Origin: Lytechinus pictus
Lineage: Eukaryota
Assembly (NCBI RefSeq): GCF_037042905.1
Contig: NC_087250.1
Span: 1,612,001 to 1,676,000, forward strand
DNA: 64,000 nt
Direction of reading: 5' to 3'
Under the pieces are notes generated by a model. The model had not been told where the DNA came from, made no database searches, and saw nothing but the letters and a program-made list of their open reading frames with translations. Below, one piece after another: positions 42,214-53,766 of this stretch (position 1 is its first letter; every line of letters starts with the position of its first letter). Made by a program: the position numbers and the translations under genes.

Positions 42214-44247
42214 GTTATTATTATTATTATTATTGTTATTATTATTATTCCTTTCTGACTAAATGACCCATTAAATTAATAAGTATGGGTATGAACTCTT
42301 CAGCTGCAGATCCCCGTCCAAACCAAATCTGAGTACCCTATTCCGGGGTGTAATTACATGAATGTCCATAACAAAGATTGTTCAAGTCACCTCTTCAAAC
42401 GTCGTAGCTTTCTCCAACTCAAGCTGAAGAAGCTTTTCAGCTCCATAATGTCTCTTGATGGAATATGGAGGGGTTGTGGGCCCAAGATCCCTGTGATGCT
42501 TGCAGATTGGGAAACTTCATGTTGCTGTTGAGTATCGGCTGCCTCTCTCCCACCAGAAACCTCTTGCCTTACATGATGTATTATTGACGTTCTTTTACGG
42601 AGGGTGGATGATGAACAGGTTGTACTTGGTACGATGCTGCTTGGAATTTTGAAAGCTCTCATAGGCTGTAAGAATATATAGATGGCAAGTTACCGCTGAA
42701 GTTTCATTTTCAAAATAACATTATATTATTCAAGATAATGGTGTAAAATTATTAAAATCTTTTAGAATACATGTATATCTAATGAGGATTCAACATACAG
42801 GGTTGTGTATCTAGAAAATAGTTAAACTATAGCAATTAAATGATATCTATGACTTTCTAGAAATCCATGTTTTCTTTTGTTATTTTTAGTTTTGTTTGGT
42901 GGGGGGGGGGGGGGGGCAAAGTTTTGTTGTTATACTTACATGATATATGCACCATTATGATTATTTTATTTGTTTCTTATACTGTGAACTAAAATACATT
43001 AATGGCTAATTTCTTTACAGTATGAAAACTTAAATGTATGAAACTGAAATTATATATATAATATGTATATAATAAAATACATATTTACTAATATTACTTG
43101 GGTAATATATACCCAATCATTTGCCTTTATATGTGAATTCAACCTGATCAACCTTGCATAATTCAAATCTACTGGGACTATTGAAATAACTTTTTTAAAT
43201 GTTGAAACTTCTGAAATAAATTTGACTGACAATGATAAAGAGAATGATATATTTTGAGACCCTAACTTGTTCGTCTTCCACAAAATCTTCTGCAAGTTTG
43301 AAATATGTGATGATGATTGTTACTTTAAACTACCGGTAGCTAGGAGATAAGACTTTTGCATTTACCTTTCCACGACCTGCTAAACCTATGCTGGCTGACA
43401 TACCATCATGTGACTTGGCCATCTGACATTTGAGGTATTCAGAGGCTATCTGCCGGCGTTGTTGGGTGTTGAGGTCCATTTGCGTACATTTTGCGTATGT
43501 ATGGTCACAGTTTACACGAGTATGACACGAATGGCCTGATGTTTGGGTGTAGTGAAGGGATGTTTTACAATGTGAACACTGAACATGAAGATTTTGTAGT
43601 AATGTGATGATGTATGCGGCTGGTGTGTGTGTTTGAGAATAATGAAATTGAATGTTACAAAGAGGACAGCTAACAGACACTTTGACAAAGAGAGACGATA
43701 TACAGTCAAGACAAAACAGGTGGTTACAAGGTGACTCGACAGGACATGACACAACAGACCTACAAACACAACACAAAAGGAATTGTAGTGAATTATCAAT
43801 GTGAAATGTGTCTTGATTGATGTTGTATTTTTGATTGTCTGTTGTTCCTGATAGTGATAGGCCTACTCCTAATTGAGAAAAGTGAGACTGGGGTGTTGTT
43901 GTTGCAGGGGGGCGGCCACCAGCTTTTCTTTTCTTTGGTCTGCCTGGTGTTTGTGTTTCTTTAAAATGTGTACATGTATGACAGTGTGATGTTCTCCTAT
44001 GTGTGTCCCAGTTTTTTGGTGTCCAATGTAATGGTTTCTTGATTGTGAGATGGCAATAGCATGTGCTGCAAAATTTGTTTGGGTGTATATCTAAAGTGTC
44101 CTCTGAAATGTCAATATTAAATTTCTCTAGAATTATCTGATGGTAGGTTGATACACTATACGAATGCCCCTTCTTTCCCAATTCAGTTATAACCCTCCTC
44201 CCACAAAATCTACACAACAATGACAAACACTTAATATGCTGTTCCAT
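38478..44247 (-). CDS. 10-exon RAG1-like (Chapaev/N-RAG-TP-type) DDE transposase with N-terminal zinc domain and RING finger, ~938 aa
   Basis: Exons 44247-43366, 42665-42391, 41566-41360, 41034-40789, 40629-40553, 40431-40247, 39975-39658, 39512-39363, 39149-38957, 38761-38478 (2817 nt, phases all compatible, GT-AG except the exon-3 acceptor AT). Motifs: HxxxxxxxCRFCG...DxxxxHPxxFCxxC...WxxH..CxxC; RING CCVC..CNHLFCLDC..CPLC; IWLKVGGDKGGGTFK; FGDYEYL..GL.G..GRHCCLYC; PPGLHISLG; FVGNH; TPKQHLLQYHV; GEQGGESVH. Confidence 0.9.
41898..42249 (+). mobile_element. tRNA-derived SINE with long (ATT)n tail inside transposase intron 2
   Basis: ggggttcaaatccc B box, tcctttagcaagatatt core, tgggtacctggtaggattcattccttgaatgcactgag shared with SINE at 47286; (TTA)n 42161-42249. 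Confidence 0.8.
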
Positions 44248-44749
44248 GCATTTAAATGTGTGTACAGTACAGTAAGAACAAATAAAACCACCACACAAGG
44301 TCAAAATCAACAACACAAGATGAGTGCACAAAAAACTGTAGGATAGCTAGAAATGAAAGACAGTTTAAACAATACCAGTCAATTTTGATATAAAACCAAA
44401 ACAAAGGTATGAAAAATTGTAGATTGGTAATATTTTTTTTTAAAGAAACCTCATAAATACTGATAATATTGACTGTGATATCCTACGAGTATATGGGACC
44501 GACACACCCCGCTTGCCGCCGGCTAATTCAAAGTTGATTGCCGGTGTTTTGATTTCTTGTTTTGAATGTTACCATTGTTTTCTACGAATGTATGTGTATC
44601 ATATATTTGATTTTCATTACAAGATGAGGTTGGCCACCTCTCTGGGGTTTCCCCAAATGAGCTAGATGTGAGAGCAATATCGCGCAAAGCGTCAGTAGCA
44701 ACCCGGTAGCAACAAGTTCGAGTTTCGCGGGGGTATTTAAATTTTAAAG

Positions 44750-46380
44750 ATGAGTGAGCCCTCTCTCGGTCAAGACGCTATACATATGCATAGGGAGCTT
44801 GCACCTGCATTCACATACGTGCCATTTTCAGTAATTAAAAATGTAAGGTGGCTGCAACAGCCCCATCCCAAAGGAATCCCTGATTTCTTCTTCGCTCAAA
44901 GTACACATGATAAGTTTTGACATGATTTTTTTGGTATTATTCAGGTCATTGCGGATGCCAAGAGATATGAAAGTAGTCACCCAGCAGGTGTAGTATCTCG
45001 ACTAAGGCCTATTAATTCAAAGCTGCCACGATTTTTAGATGAACAACGGGAAGGTATCGGTCGAGATGACACGTCAGTATCACCAGCTAGAGGCCGTAGA
45101 GGCATTCAATCCTCTTCAAGTCAACGGAAGAATCCAAAGGAACGACAGAAGCGACATCATGAATCAACAACAAAGACTATCAGAGGACAAGGGAGACAGC
45201 GATCAAAGAGTGAAGGTGATACTGAGCTGAGGTATAAATACAGTTCATAGATTCATTTATCTTTAAGTATGAAACAAATGTTTGCGGCAGGAACGATATC
45301 CAGCATTTCATGGAAGTGAATCAGCTGTCTGATTAACATATTATTTTATCTGATATAAAGATCTGATTACCGGAGCAGTCAAGATGTATAAAGATGGACC
45401 TTCTTGTCTTTCGCCTCTTGAATTGTCAGGTTTCACACTTCATAACCTCGTTTAGTGTTGTTTCTTCTTTGCCGTTATCTCATATTCTTAATTTATTGTA
45501 ATGTATTTTTGTCCTCTCTTGCGGCATCTCCAATTGCGTATTTTGGTGGATCTACCTTTCCTTGATACATTTTTCAATGACAATAGTGCTCTTACTATTT
45601 CATTGTTATTTTTGACGAGTCGGTTAAGTCGGTTTGCATAAAGAAAATAATTCAATTACTTTCATATTATACATGCCGAGTCTGGTACTGATTTTAATGC
45701 TTCGTATTTCTTGCAGATCCTCGGAACTCACTAAGCTTCCTTCTATCAAACAAAAAAGTTCAACAAAACCCAAGACGTTCTATGAGATAGCTAAAGAGGA
45801 GCAAAATGTCAGAGAAACAGCGCCCTCTGCGTTGGATCTTATATATCGTCAGTTTGGTGCAGTCAAAAAGGTAAGATTGATAACCTCTTTCTCAAATTAG
45901 GTCGTATTTCCCCCCTCCCTCATACCAAGGTGACAACCCTGATCAACGGATAATTCATCGAAACAGATAAAAATGCTGGTTTAGAAATGTTTACGTCTTT
46001 CGACCTCGGACTGCGAGAGGTTTCTGTTTACCTATTTGAGGAAATAAAAAAAAAACAAGTAATGCGCTAGTCACACATAAAGTTTCTGAATCTACGTGAA
46101 AATAGCCGTTAACACCGTAATTGATATAAACATAAATGGAATTTTTGACAATGTTCATAAATTTGTAAAAGTATAAAATTTGAATTGTATATAGTATATT
46201 TTAATTTTCATTCTGAATAACTTAGAAAAGTTGGTGATGATTGTAATCGTAAACTTGTTTATGTTTTTTTTTTCACAGATGAAGGCCAGACGTCAGTATA
46301 GTGAAGACGATTATAAGAAACTGAAAGACATGCTTAGAGCTCAACAAAAACGATACATCAGATATAAGATAAACCTTTAA
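44750..46380 (+). CDS. Predicted 4-exon gene, ~211-aa basic Arg/Lys/Ser-rich protein of unknown function
   Basis: Exons 44750-44842, 44945-45231, 45717-45870, 46279-46380; all GT-AG, phases 0/2/0 compatible, no stops: MSEPSLGQ...VIKN/VIADAKRY...EGDTELR/SSELTKLP...FGAVKK/MKARRQYSEDDYKKLKDMLRAQQKRYIRYKINL*. Confidence 0.65.
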
Positions 46381-46796
46381 ATAGAGTTTTATAGACCATG
46401 GCCCTGGGAAGCAAACTGAAAAAGAAAATAATTGGTTAGTCATACCTATACATTCTGAATCTACATGAGAATGGCCTTTTGAATGTGGTTTGAATGTCGT
46501 TTTAAAGGGATGATCCGGGCTGAAAGTATTTATATCTTAAATAAATGGAGTAAAATTTAAAGAGCAAAATGATGAAAATTTGATCAAATCGGAAACAAAT
46601 ATTAAAGTTATTGAATTCTAAAGATTTGCGTTATTCCGGTGAAACAGTTCCAGGAATGTCTTTATGAATATTCATTAGGTGGACAGTTGATGTCACATCC
46701 CCACTTTCATTTATTTCATGTTATTACATGAAATGATATTTTTTTTTCATTATTTCACAAATGTATAAATGATTTGTCTCTTTTATAATGAAATAG

Positions 46797-46915
46797 GAAA
46801 GCCAGGCGTCAGTACAATAAAGACTATTATAAGAAACTTAAGAATATTTTTAGAACTAAGAAAAAGCGATACATCAGATATCAGATAAACCTTTTAGATA
46901 GATTTTCAAAGACCC
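46797..46915 (+). pseudogene. Degenerate duplicate of the last exon of the 44750-46380 gene
   Basis: KARRQYNKDYYKKLKNIFRTKKKRYIRYQINL vs KARRQYSEDDYKKLKDMLRAQQKRYIRYKINL; in-frame acceptor missing. Confidence 0.8.
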
Positions 46916-47285
46916 CATTACATTATGTGATTTCCCGTGATCCTATTTTATTTTCATAGCTACAGATCACACGAATCTTACATGTACTGATGTAAGTATT
47001 ATTTTCACTTATCAAATACACCCGATTCAGATTGCTCCTGTGACAATTTCTCTTGGCTTTATTTTGTCTTATATAGGGTTAGTGTCGCAATGGGTTTTAT
47101 GTTAGGTTTAGACGAAGGTTTATGATAGGGTAAAGTGTTATATCCAGGGTTTAAGTTGGCAATTCCATTAGTGTGTATCATTCACAGCGGAGTAAATGTC
47201 ATGGAGCCGGTCAAAATAACCAGTTGGTGAACATTTATCTGACTGATTAAATCGATCAGTATCAAGCAACTGACTCTACCATTGT

Positions 47286-47585
47286 GGAGCGCTGTGGCCC
47301 AGTGGATTAGTCTTCTGTCTTTGAAACAGAGGGTCATGGGTTCGAATCCCACCCATGGCGTAATTTACTTCAGCAAGAAATATATCCACATTGTGCTGCA
47401 CTCAGCCCAGGTGGGGTGAATGGGTACCCGGAAGGATTAATTCCTTGAATGCACTGAGCGCTGAAAGGAAGCTCGAACTAAAGCCGGGTGATTATAATTA
47501 TAATAAACAATGCACCTCAGAATAGATAATTTCCAGATAGATGGTGGTATATCAATGCCTATTATTGTTTATTACTATTATTATT
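47286..47585 (+). mobile_element. Near full-length tRNA-derived SINE
   Basis: gtggcccagtggattag A box, gggttcgaatccc B box, ttcagcaagaaat core, ATT-type tail. Confidence 0.85.
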
Positions 47586-47803
47586 TCTTCAAAAAGATCT
47601 TTTCATTCCAAATACCCATTCGATCTGCAAGATAAAGTATTAACATTAACACAACAAAAACTCAGAAGAGCATATCCAGTCATGACACTACATGATTGTT
47701 TGTCAAATCATAATACTTCAAGATTTATGAAGTCAAAATATGAAGAGTTTAAATGCAAAAATGGACTAAGCCCACTTTTGCTCATTTTTCACAAATCAAG
47801 TCA

Positions 47804-47934
47804 ATTGCAAACTTCCTTTCTAGTGAGGGCGATATCCCAGAACTTCAAATTAGAGCACCACTTCCAGATTCCCACTTTAGGTGATGTTCCTTCAAGAAGC
47901 TAGCGAGGCCTATTTGGTGTGTCTATTTGAAAAC
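47804..47934 (+). pseudogene. Histone H3 pseudogene fragment (histone-fold region)
   Basis: With two frameshifts reads KLPF / LVRAISQNFKLEHHFQ / [18 protein letters not shown], matching H3 KLPFQRLVREIAQDFKT(D/E)[25 protein letters not shown]. Confidence 0.85.
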
Positions 47935-49439
47935 GACGTTTTTATAAAAAAAAAACGTTTCCATTCACGAGGTTCTATGTTTTAGCGTCATCAGTAAATG
48001 TACCAGAAATCACAATAAAAATTACCTCTGGATTTATTCAATTTTATACGAGCTTTTGATATTCATTAATATCATTTTCATCTAATCCCTTTTGTAATAA
48101 AATTGATTTAAAGTTGTTGCTCTATCAGCCAAATTTTTCTAAATATAACTACGTAAGGGAAGAGAGAAGTACCATCATGTTAACGTTATACCTGGTATTT
48201 ATTTGTTACCAATCGGGACTTTTCATGTAGAACATCGGACTGAATTCAATATACTTATAAAAACCTATAAAATATATTACATTTTCAGGATCTTTTTAAC
48301 TGTAATTTTTGTTACCTAAGATTCTTAAACATCGTGGAAGAACTTCTAATCTATGGAAACATAGATTTGTGAAGGTATGAAGAATAAGCAAAAGACGATT
48401 TAGTCCCTTTCGCATGAAAACGTAAATTTCATTTCCATTTTTAATGGAATTCTTGAAACTTTTTGGTACTTGGACTTCGATGTATCTGATGCATATCGTA
48501 AAAGTCTTTTAAAAAAAAAACGCACATGAGACCTTTACTTTAAGTTGTCAATAAAAATGTCATAAGCACAAACGAACCTGTATTGTGTCGTCTTGTCTTT
48601 TTGTCTTTTTTACAACATTCTTGTCTGATAGCAATTAACGCTTCAAAATAGGCGACATGTAGTTCAACTCATACAAGCTTTATGGTATTATTTGTCACAA
48701 CAACTTGCATGTTCACACTGGTAGTATTGATAATTTTCGTAGACACACCATTACATGAAGAAATATGAAAATATGCTTGCACCATAAATCATATACAGCA
48801 ATCTTTACAGTTGTAACATGATTAAATACAATACAATGTCGGGCATTTTTTTCAATTTGTTTTTCTTAATTTAACGCTGAAAACTATCTTCTTCGATCAC
48901 CATTGCGATTTCAAGGCAAACTAAAGATGCTGCCCTCTTTGAAAACAATCTAAACATTCTCGTAATTATTTTTTGCCTATGACGTCAGGCACATCACTAT
49001 AATAACTAAACTTAATTTCTAACACATACATAGGCATTTACTTCGATTAAAACAGTTAACTAGATAAATTGAAGTTATTAATCTGGCATCCAGAGCAAGC
49101 GTAAGTAAGAACCCTAAATCATAACAGAGGTTATGGCAAAATATTGGTCGCCATACTGTGGTGTACAGGCGGGATGGTTACCATACTATCACATTCTAAG
49201 CTGTAAGTAATAAGTTTTCCTAAATACAATGTGACTTGCCACCTCCAAACCAACAATAAATAACAAAAAGTTTGATTATTAAAGCTTGATAAAGCACATC
49301 ATTAACTTTGGAAATGATATGTAACTTGTCGAAATCCATCAACAAGAAGTACTTGTTTGAAATGTAGAAGAATTTCAGCGAGAGGTTTAAAGAAAAATTA
49401 AGTAGAAATAAGGTTTAAAGTTCGGGGGTCACTCAAAGA

Positions 49440-50458
49440 GTTTTCCTTTAAGATTTGCTTTTGCATTTTTAATGCATTTTATGGACCGAAGTTATGGAAC
49501 TCACTTCATAATGATATAAGAACTGCAAAATCTTTGAACTCTTTTAAGACTAAATTCAAATTATCTCTATTAAAATCTTACAATATACTCCCAAGTTAAG
49601 TCTAATTCATCATCTCTGTCAAGTCATCATTATTTCTATAAAGACTATAATTAAAACATAAAATAATCATTATCCTTTTTTTCATTGAAAAAAAAATCTG
49701 ACACAAGTCCTTCTCAGATGTGCTCGTTATACATTTTTGTGTCCATCCTCTCCTCTATTTTCTCTTTCTTTCCTGTCCGCTTATCCGCCTTCCTCCTGGT
49801 TATTTGTTTACGGCATCAATCACATTTTTCGTGCATTATATTCTTTCCAGGTATTTTATATATTTTTCCTCCTTTTGTACACATCATTGAATCCAGTTTG
49901 CTTGAGTCTACGATGGCATGTGTTCTACCGACGTTCAGCAGCACCCATCCATCTTCTCAGGGCATTCTCCCCTTTTTTCTTCTCTTTTTCTGCAGGGGGG
50001 GGGGGGGGGGAGGGGGGGTGGGGAAGGGTGGATATATTTTAGGACGGGTTGTTTTGTCCTTTATCAAACTATATTTTTCATAACTTCGTATTTATTTTGT
50101 GAGTATTTTTTCTCTCTCATTTATTTTTTTTCTCATTTGATTACATATATCTGTATTTGTACTTTGTTATTTTGTTATTTGTTGTGTTATCTATTTTTTG
50201 AGGGGCCCACGTTGTACAAGCATTGCTTTTTAGTGGGTCCCTCCATTTCCATCCTAATTTAATTTCTATTGAAAAAATAGTATACATATTTAAAACCTAC
50301 AATGTGTTGCCCAAATTGTCTAAGTGTTTTTTTTTTCAAAACATACGTATTATAATTTTTTTTTTCAACGGATACATGTATTTATGTTTATAAATGGTAA
50401 ACAATTTGTTTTTGTTTGATGGAAGTGAAATAAATAAATTTGAATTTGAATTTGAATC
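49440..50458 (+). mobile_element. 3' fragment of a CR1/L2-type LINE
   Basis: GPKLWNSLHNDIRTAKSLNSFKTKFK C-terminal ORF2 motif at ~49483-49570, T-rich UTR with gaggggcccac...gtgggtccctc stem, aaataaataaa(tttgaa)n tail. Confidence 0.7.
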
Positions 50459-51488
50459 TACCAAATTATTTTTATTTATCATTTCCCTCGATTCGAATCC
50501 AGTCCGATTTGCAGGTGAGTTTTGTTTTCACAGTCAGATTTCACACAGTAGTTGATGAGTTACCCTTGCGGGATTGTTGGAGAGAAATTAATATCTTAAT
50601 TCTAGCCTTGTTCACCCAACGAATGAATTCTTCTGACTTATTGGTGGTATTTGGATGACTGAATAATGACAATAATAATAATGATAATAATATTAACAAT
50701 GATAATAATAATAATGATTTCATTTAGATTAGATTTAGATTTATTTATTTCAATAAAACAAACAAATATAATCGAAGTAATAGTAATTATTCAAAACAAT
50801 AAAGACAGTTTAATGACATTTTATTTTTATTTTATAGAAGATGAATTAACTGAACGGAGGGATTTGCTAAGAAAAGCAATGCTTGTATAAAAGGCACGTC
50901 CCTAACTTAGTTTCAATACTAATCGACAAATCTATATACAATAATGGAGACGGTAAAAACAAGTAATCTATAAAAACAAATCAAAATAAAGAATAAAGGA
51001 ATTGATTTAAATGATGACAATAATGATAAATTCGAATTATAACAATTTAATAAGGAGAAAAAAAAAGAGGCAAAGGAAAGAGGATGGAGAGAAGGATGGT
51101 GCAAATAAAGATGAAAATAAAAAGAATAACATTGCAGGTTCACATGTAATTATTTAGAATATGTTTATAATATTTGACATATTTATTGGTAATAGTAATA
51201 ATAGTCAATGATAATAGTAACAATAATAATAATAATAACAATAATTATAATAATGATAATAATAATAATTATAATAATTGTATTTTAATGATAATGATAA
51301 TTATGATAATAAAATGATAATGATAATGAAAATAATAATAATAATAGTAATAATCATAATGATAATACTTTGATGAGGAATCATCTTGGTTATACCAAAA
51401 AAAGATGAGGTAGTAGGCTTTACAATGACAGGTCATCTGTGAATTATGAGTAGGACAGGATAAGTCAAAGATGATTATCGCTTTGACA

Positions 51489-53766
51489 ATCTTGTCATAT
51501 GATTCATCATAAGCAATATCATGTTCGAATGTAAATCTTGTCATATGATTCATCATAAGCAATATCATGTTCAAATGTAAATCTTGTCATATGATTCATC
51601 ATAAGCAATATCATGTTCGAATGTAAATCTTGTCATATGATTCATCATAAGCAATATCATGTTCGAATGTAAATCTTGACATATGATTCATCATAAGCAA
51701 TATTATGTTCGAATGAACTATTATTAAATCTTGTCATATGATTCATCGTAAGCAATATCATGTTCGAATGTAAATCTTGTCATATGATTCATCATAAGCA
51801 ATATCATGTTCGAATGTAAATCTTGTCATATGATTCATCATAAGCAATATCATGTTCGAATGTAAATCTTGACATATGATTCATCATAAGCAATATTATG
51901 TTCGAATGAACTATTATTAAATCTTGTCATATGATTCATCGTAAGCAATATCATGTTCGAATGTAAATCTTGTCATATGATTCATCATAAGCAATATCAT
52001 GTTCGAATGTAAATCTTGTCATATGATTCATCATAAGCAATATCATGTTCGAATGTAAATCTTGTCATATGATTCATCATAAGCAATATCATGTTCGAAT
52101 GTAAATCTTGCCATATGATTCATCATAAGCAATATCATGTTCGAATGTAAATCTTGCCATATGATTCATCATAAGCAATATCATGTTCGAATGTAAATCT
52201 TGTCATATGATTCATCATAAGCAATATCATGTTCAAGATTTATATTCGAACATAATATTGCTTATGATGAATCATATGACAAGATTTACATTCGAACATG
52301 ATATTGCTTATGATGAATCATATGACAAGATATACATTCGAACATGATATTGCTTATAATGAATCATAATGACAAGTGTGATCATGATAGTAATAATAGT
52401 AGTAATCATAATGATAATACTTGGATGAGGAATCATCTTGGTTATACCAAAAAAAGATGAGGTAGTAGGCTTTACAATGACAGGTCATCTGTGAATTATG
52501 AGTAGGACAGGATAAGTCAAAGATGATTATCGCTTTTGTCTTTGTGGGACGCACTTAAGTCAGAAACATCTTTTCCAATCAGGTGAAAGTTTTTTTGTAA
52601 CTTGAATTGAACATCTAATAATTGATTTGTTGATTTATTCATATATTCTGATCATGGGTGCCAGATCACTTGGGGGGGGGGGGAGTTGGGAAGAGATATA
52701 TCCCCCAATATTTCAGGTGGGTGTGGCCTGTGTTATCATCCCCAAATAATTTACGTTCGGACATGATATTGATTATGATGAATCATAAGACAAGATTTAC
52801 ATTCGAACATGATATTGCTTATGATGAATCATATGACAAGATTTACATTCGAACATGATATTGCTTATGATGAATCATATGACAAGATTTACATTCGAAC
52901 ATGATATTGCTTATAATGAATCATAATGACAAGATTTACATTCGAACATGATATTGCTTATAATGAATCATAATGACAAGATTTACATTCGAACATGATA
53001 TTGCTTATAATGAATCATATGACAAGATTTACATTCGAACATGATATTGCTTATGATGAATCATATGACAAGATTTACATTCGAACATGATATTGCTTAT
53101 GATGAATCATATGACAAGATTTACATTCGAACATGATATTGCTTATAATGAATCATATGACAAGATTTACATTCGAACATGATATTGCTTATAATGAATC
53201 ATATGACAAGATTTACATTCGAACATGATATTGCTTATAATGAATCATATGACAAGATTTACATTCGAACATGATATTGCTTATGATGAATCATATGACA
53301 AGATTTACATTCGAACATGATATTGCTCATAATGAATCATATGACAAGATTTACATTCGAACATGATATTGCTTATGATGAATCATAATGACAAGATTTA
53401 CATTCGAACATGATATTGCTTATAATGAATCAGAATGACAAGATTTACATTCGAACATGATATTGCTTATAATGAATCATAATGACAAGATTTACATTCG
53501 AACATGATATTGCTTATAATGAATCATAATGACAAGATTTACATTCGAACATGATATTGCTTATGATGAATCATATGACAAGATTTACATTCGAACATGA
53601 TATTGCTTATAATGAATCATATGACAAGATTTACATTCGAACATGATATTGCTTATGATGAATCATAATGACAAGATTTACATTCGAACATGATATTGCT
53701 TATGATGAATCATATGACAAGATTTACATTCGAACATGATATTGCTTATAATGAATCATAATGACA
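51489..53766. repeat. 46-bp minisatellite in two opposite orientations
   Basis: Unit aaatcttgtcatatgattcatcataagcaatatcatgttcgaatgt: ~16 copies 51489-52234, reverse complement ~3 copies 52235-52375 and ~22 copies 52750-53766. Confidence 0.95.

Larger units (their letters stand above)
38106..44477 (-). mobile_element. Chapaev/N-RAG-TP-like DNA transposon (left end at CAC 38106; right end uncertain)
   Basis: Host homology ends where CACTGTAAATAC begins; contains the transposase gene; weak candidate right end tattgactGTG at 44467-44477 (9/11 inverted match), no TSD seen. Confidence 0.55.

Noticed and set aside
37529-44331. RAG1L-RAG2L pair (ProtoRAG-like transposon)
   Set aside because: The neighbouring propeller belongs to a B-box/coiled-coil gene on the same strand, not a convergent kelch+PHD RAG2L; the core motifs are Chapaev-type; no heptamer plus nonamer RSS-like termini found
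44248-44331. N-terminal extension MCTHLVLL... of the transposase ORF
   Set aside because: Starts at a non-ATG codon; the first ATG (44247) directly precedes the conserved HxxxxxxxCRxCG motif
45039-45230. 63-aa ORF MNNGKV... as a stand-alone gene
   Set aside because: A different frame is open across 44945-45231 and is phase-compatible with the flanking exons
51489-53766. CRISPR-like array
   Set aside because: Units are head-to-tail with no unique spacers, in a eukaryotic context with no cas genes
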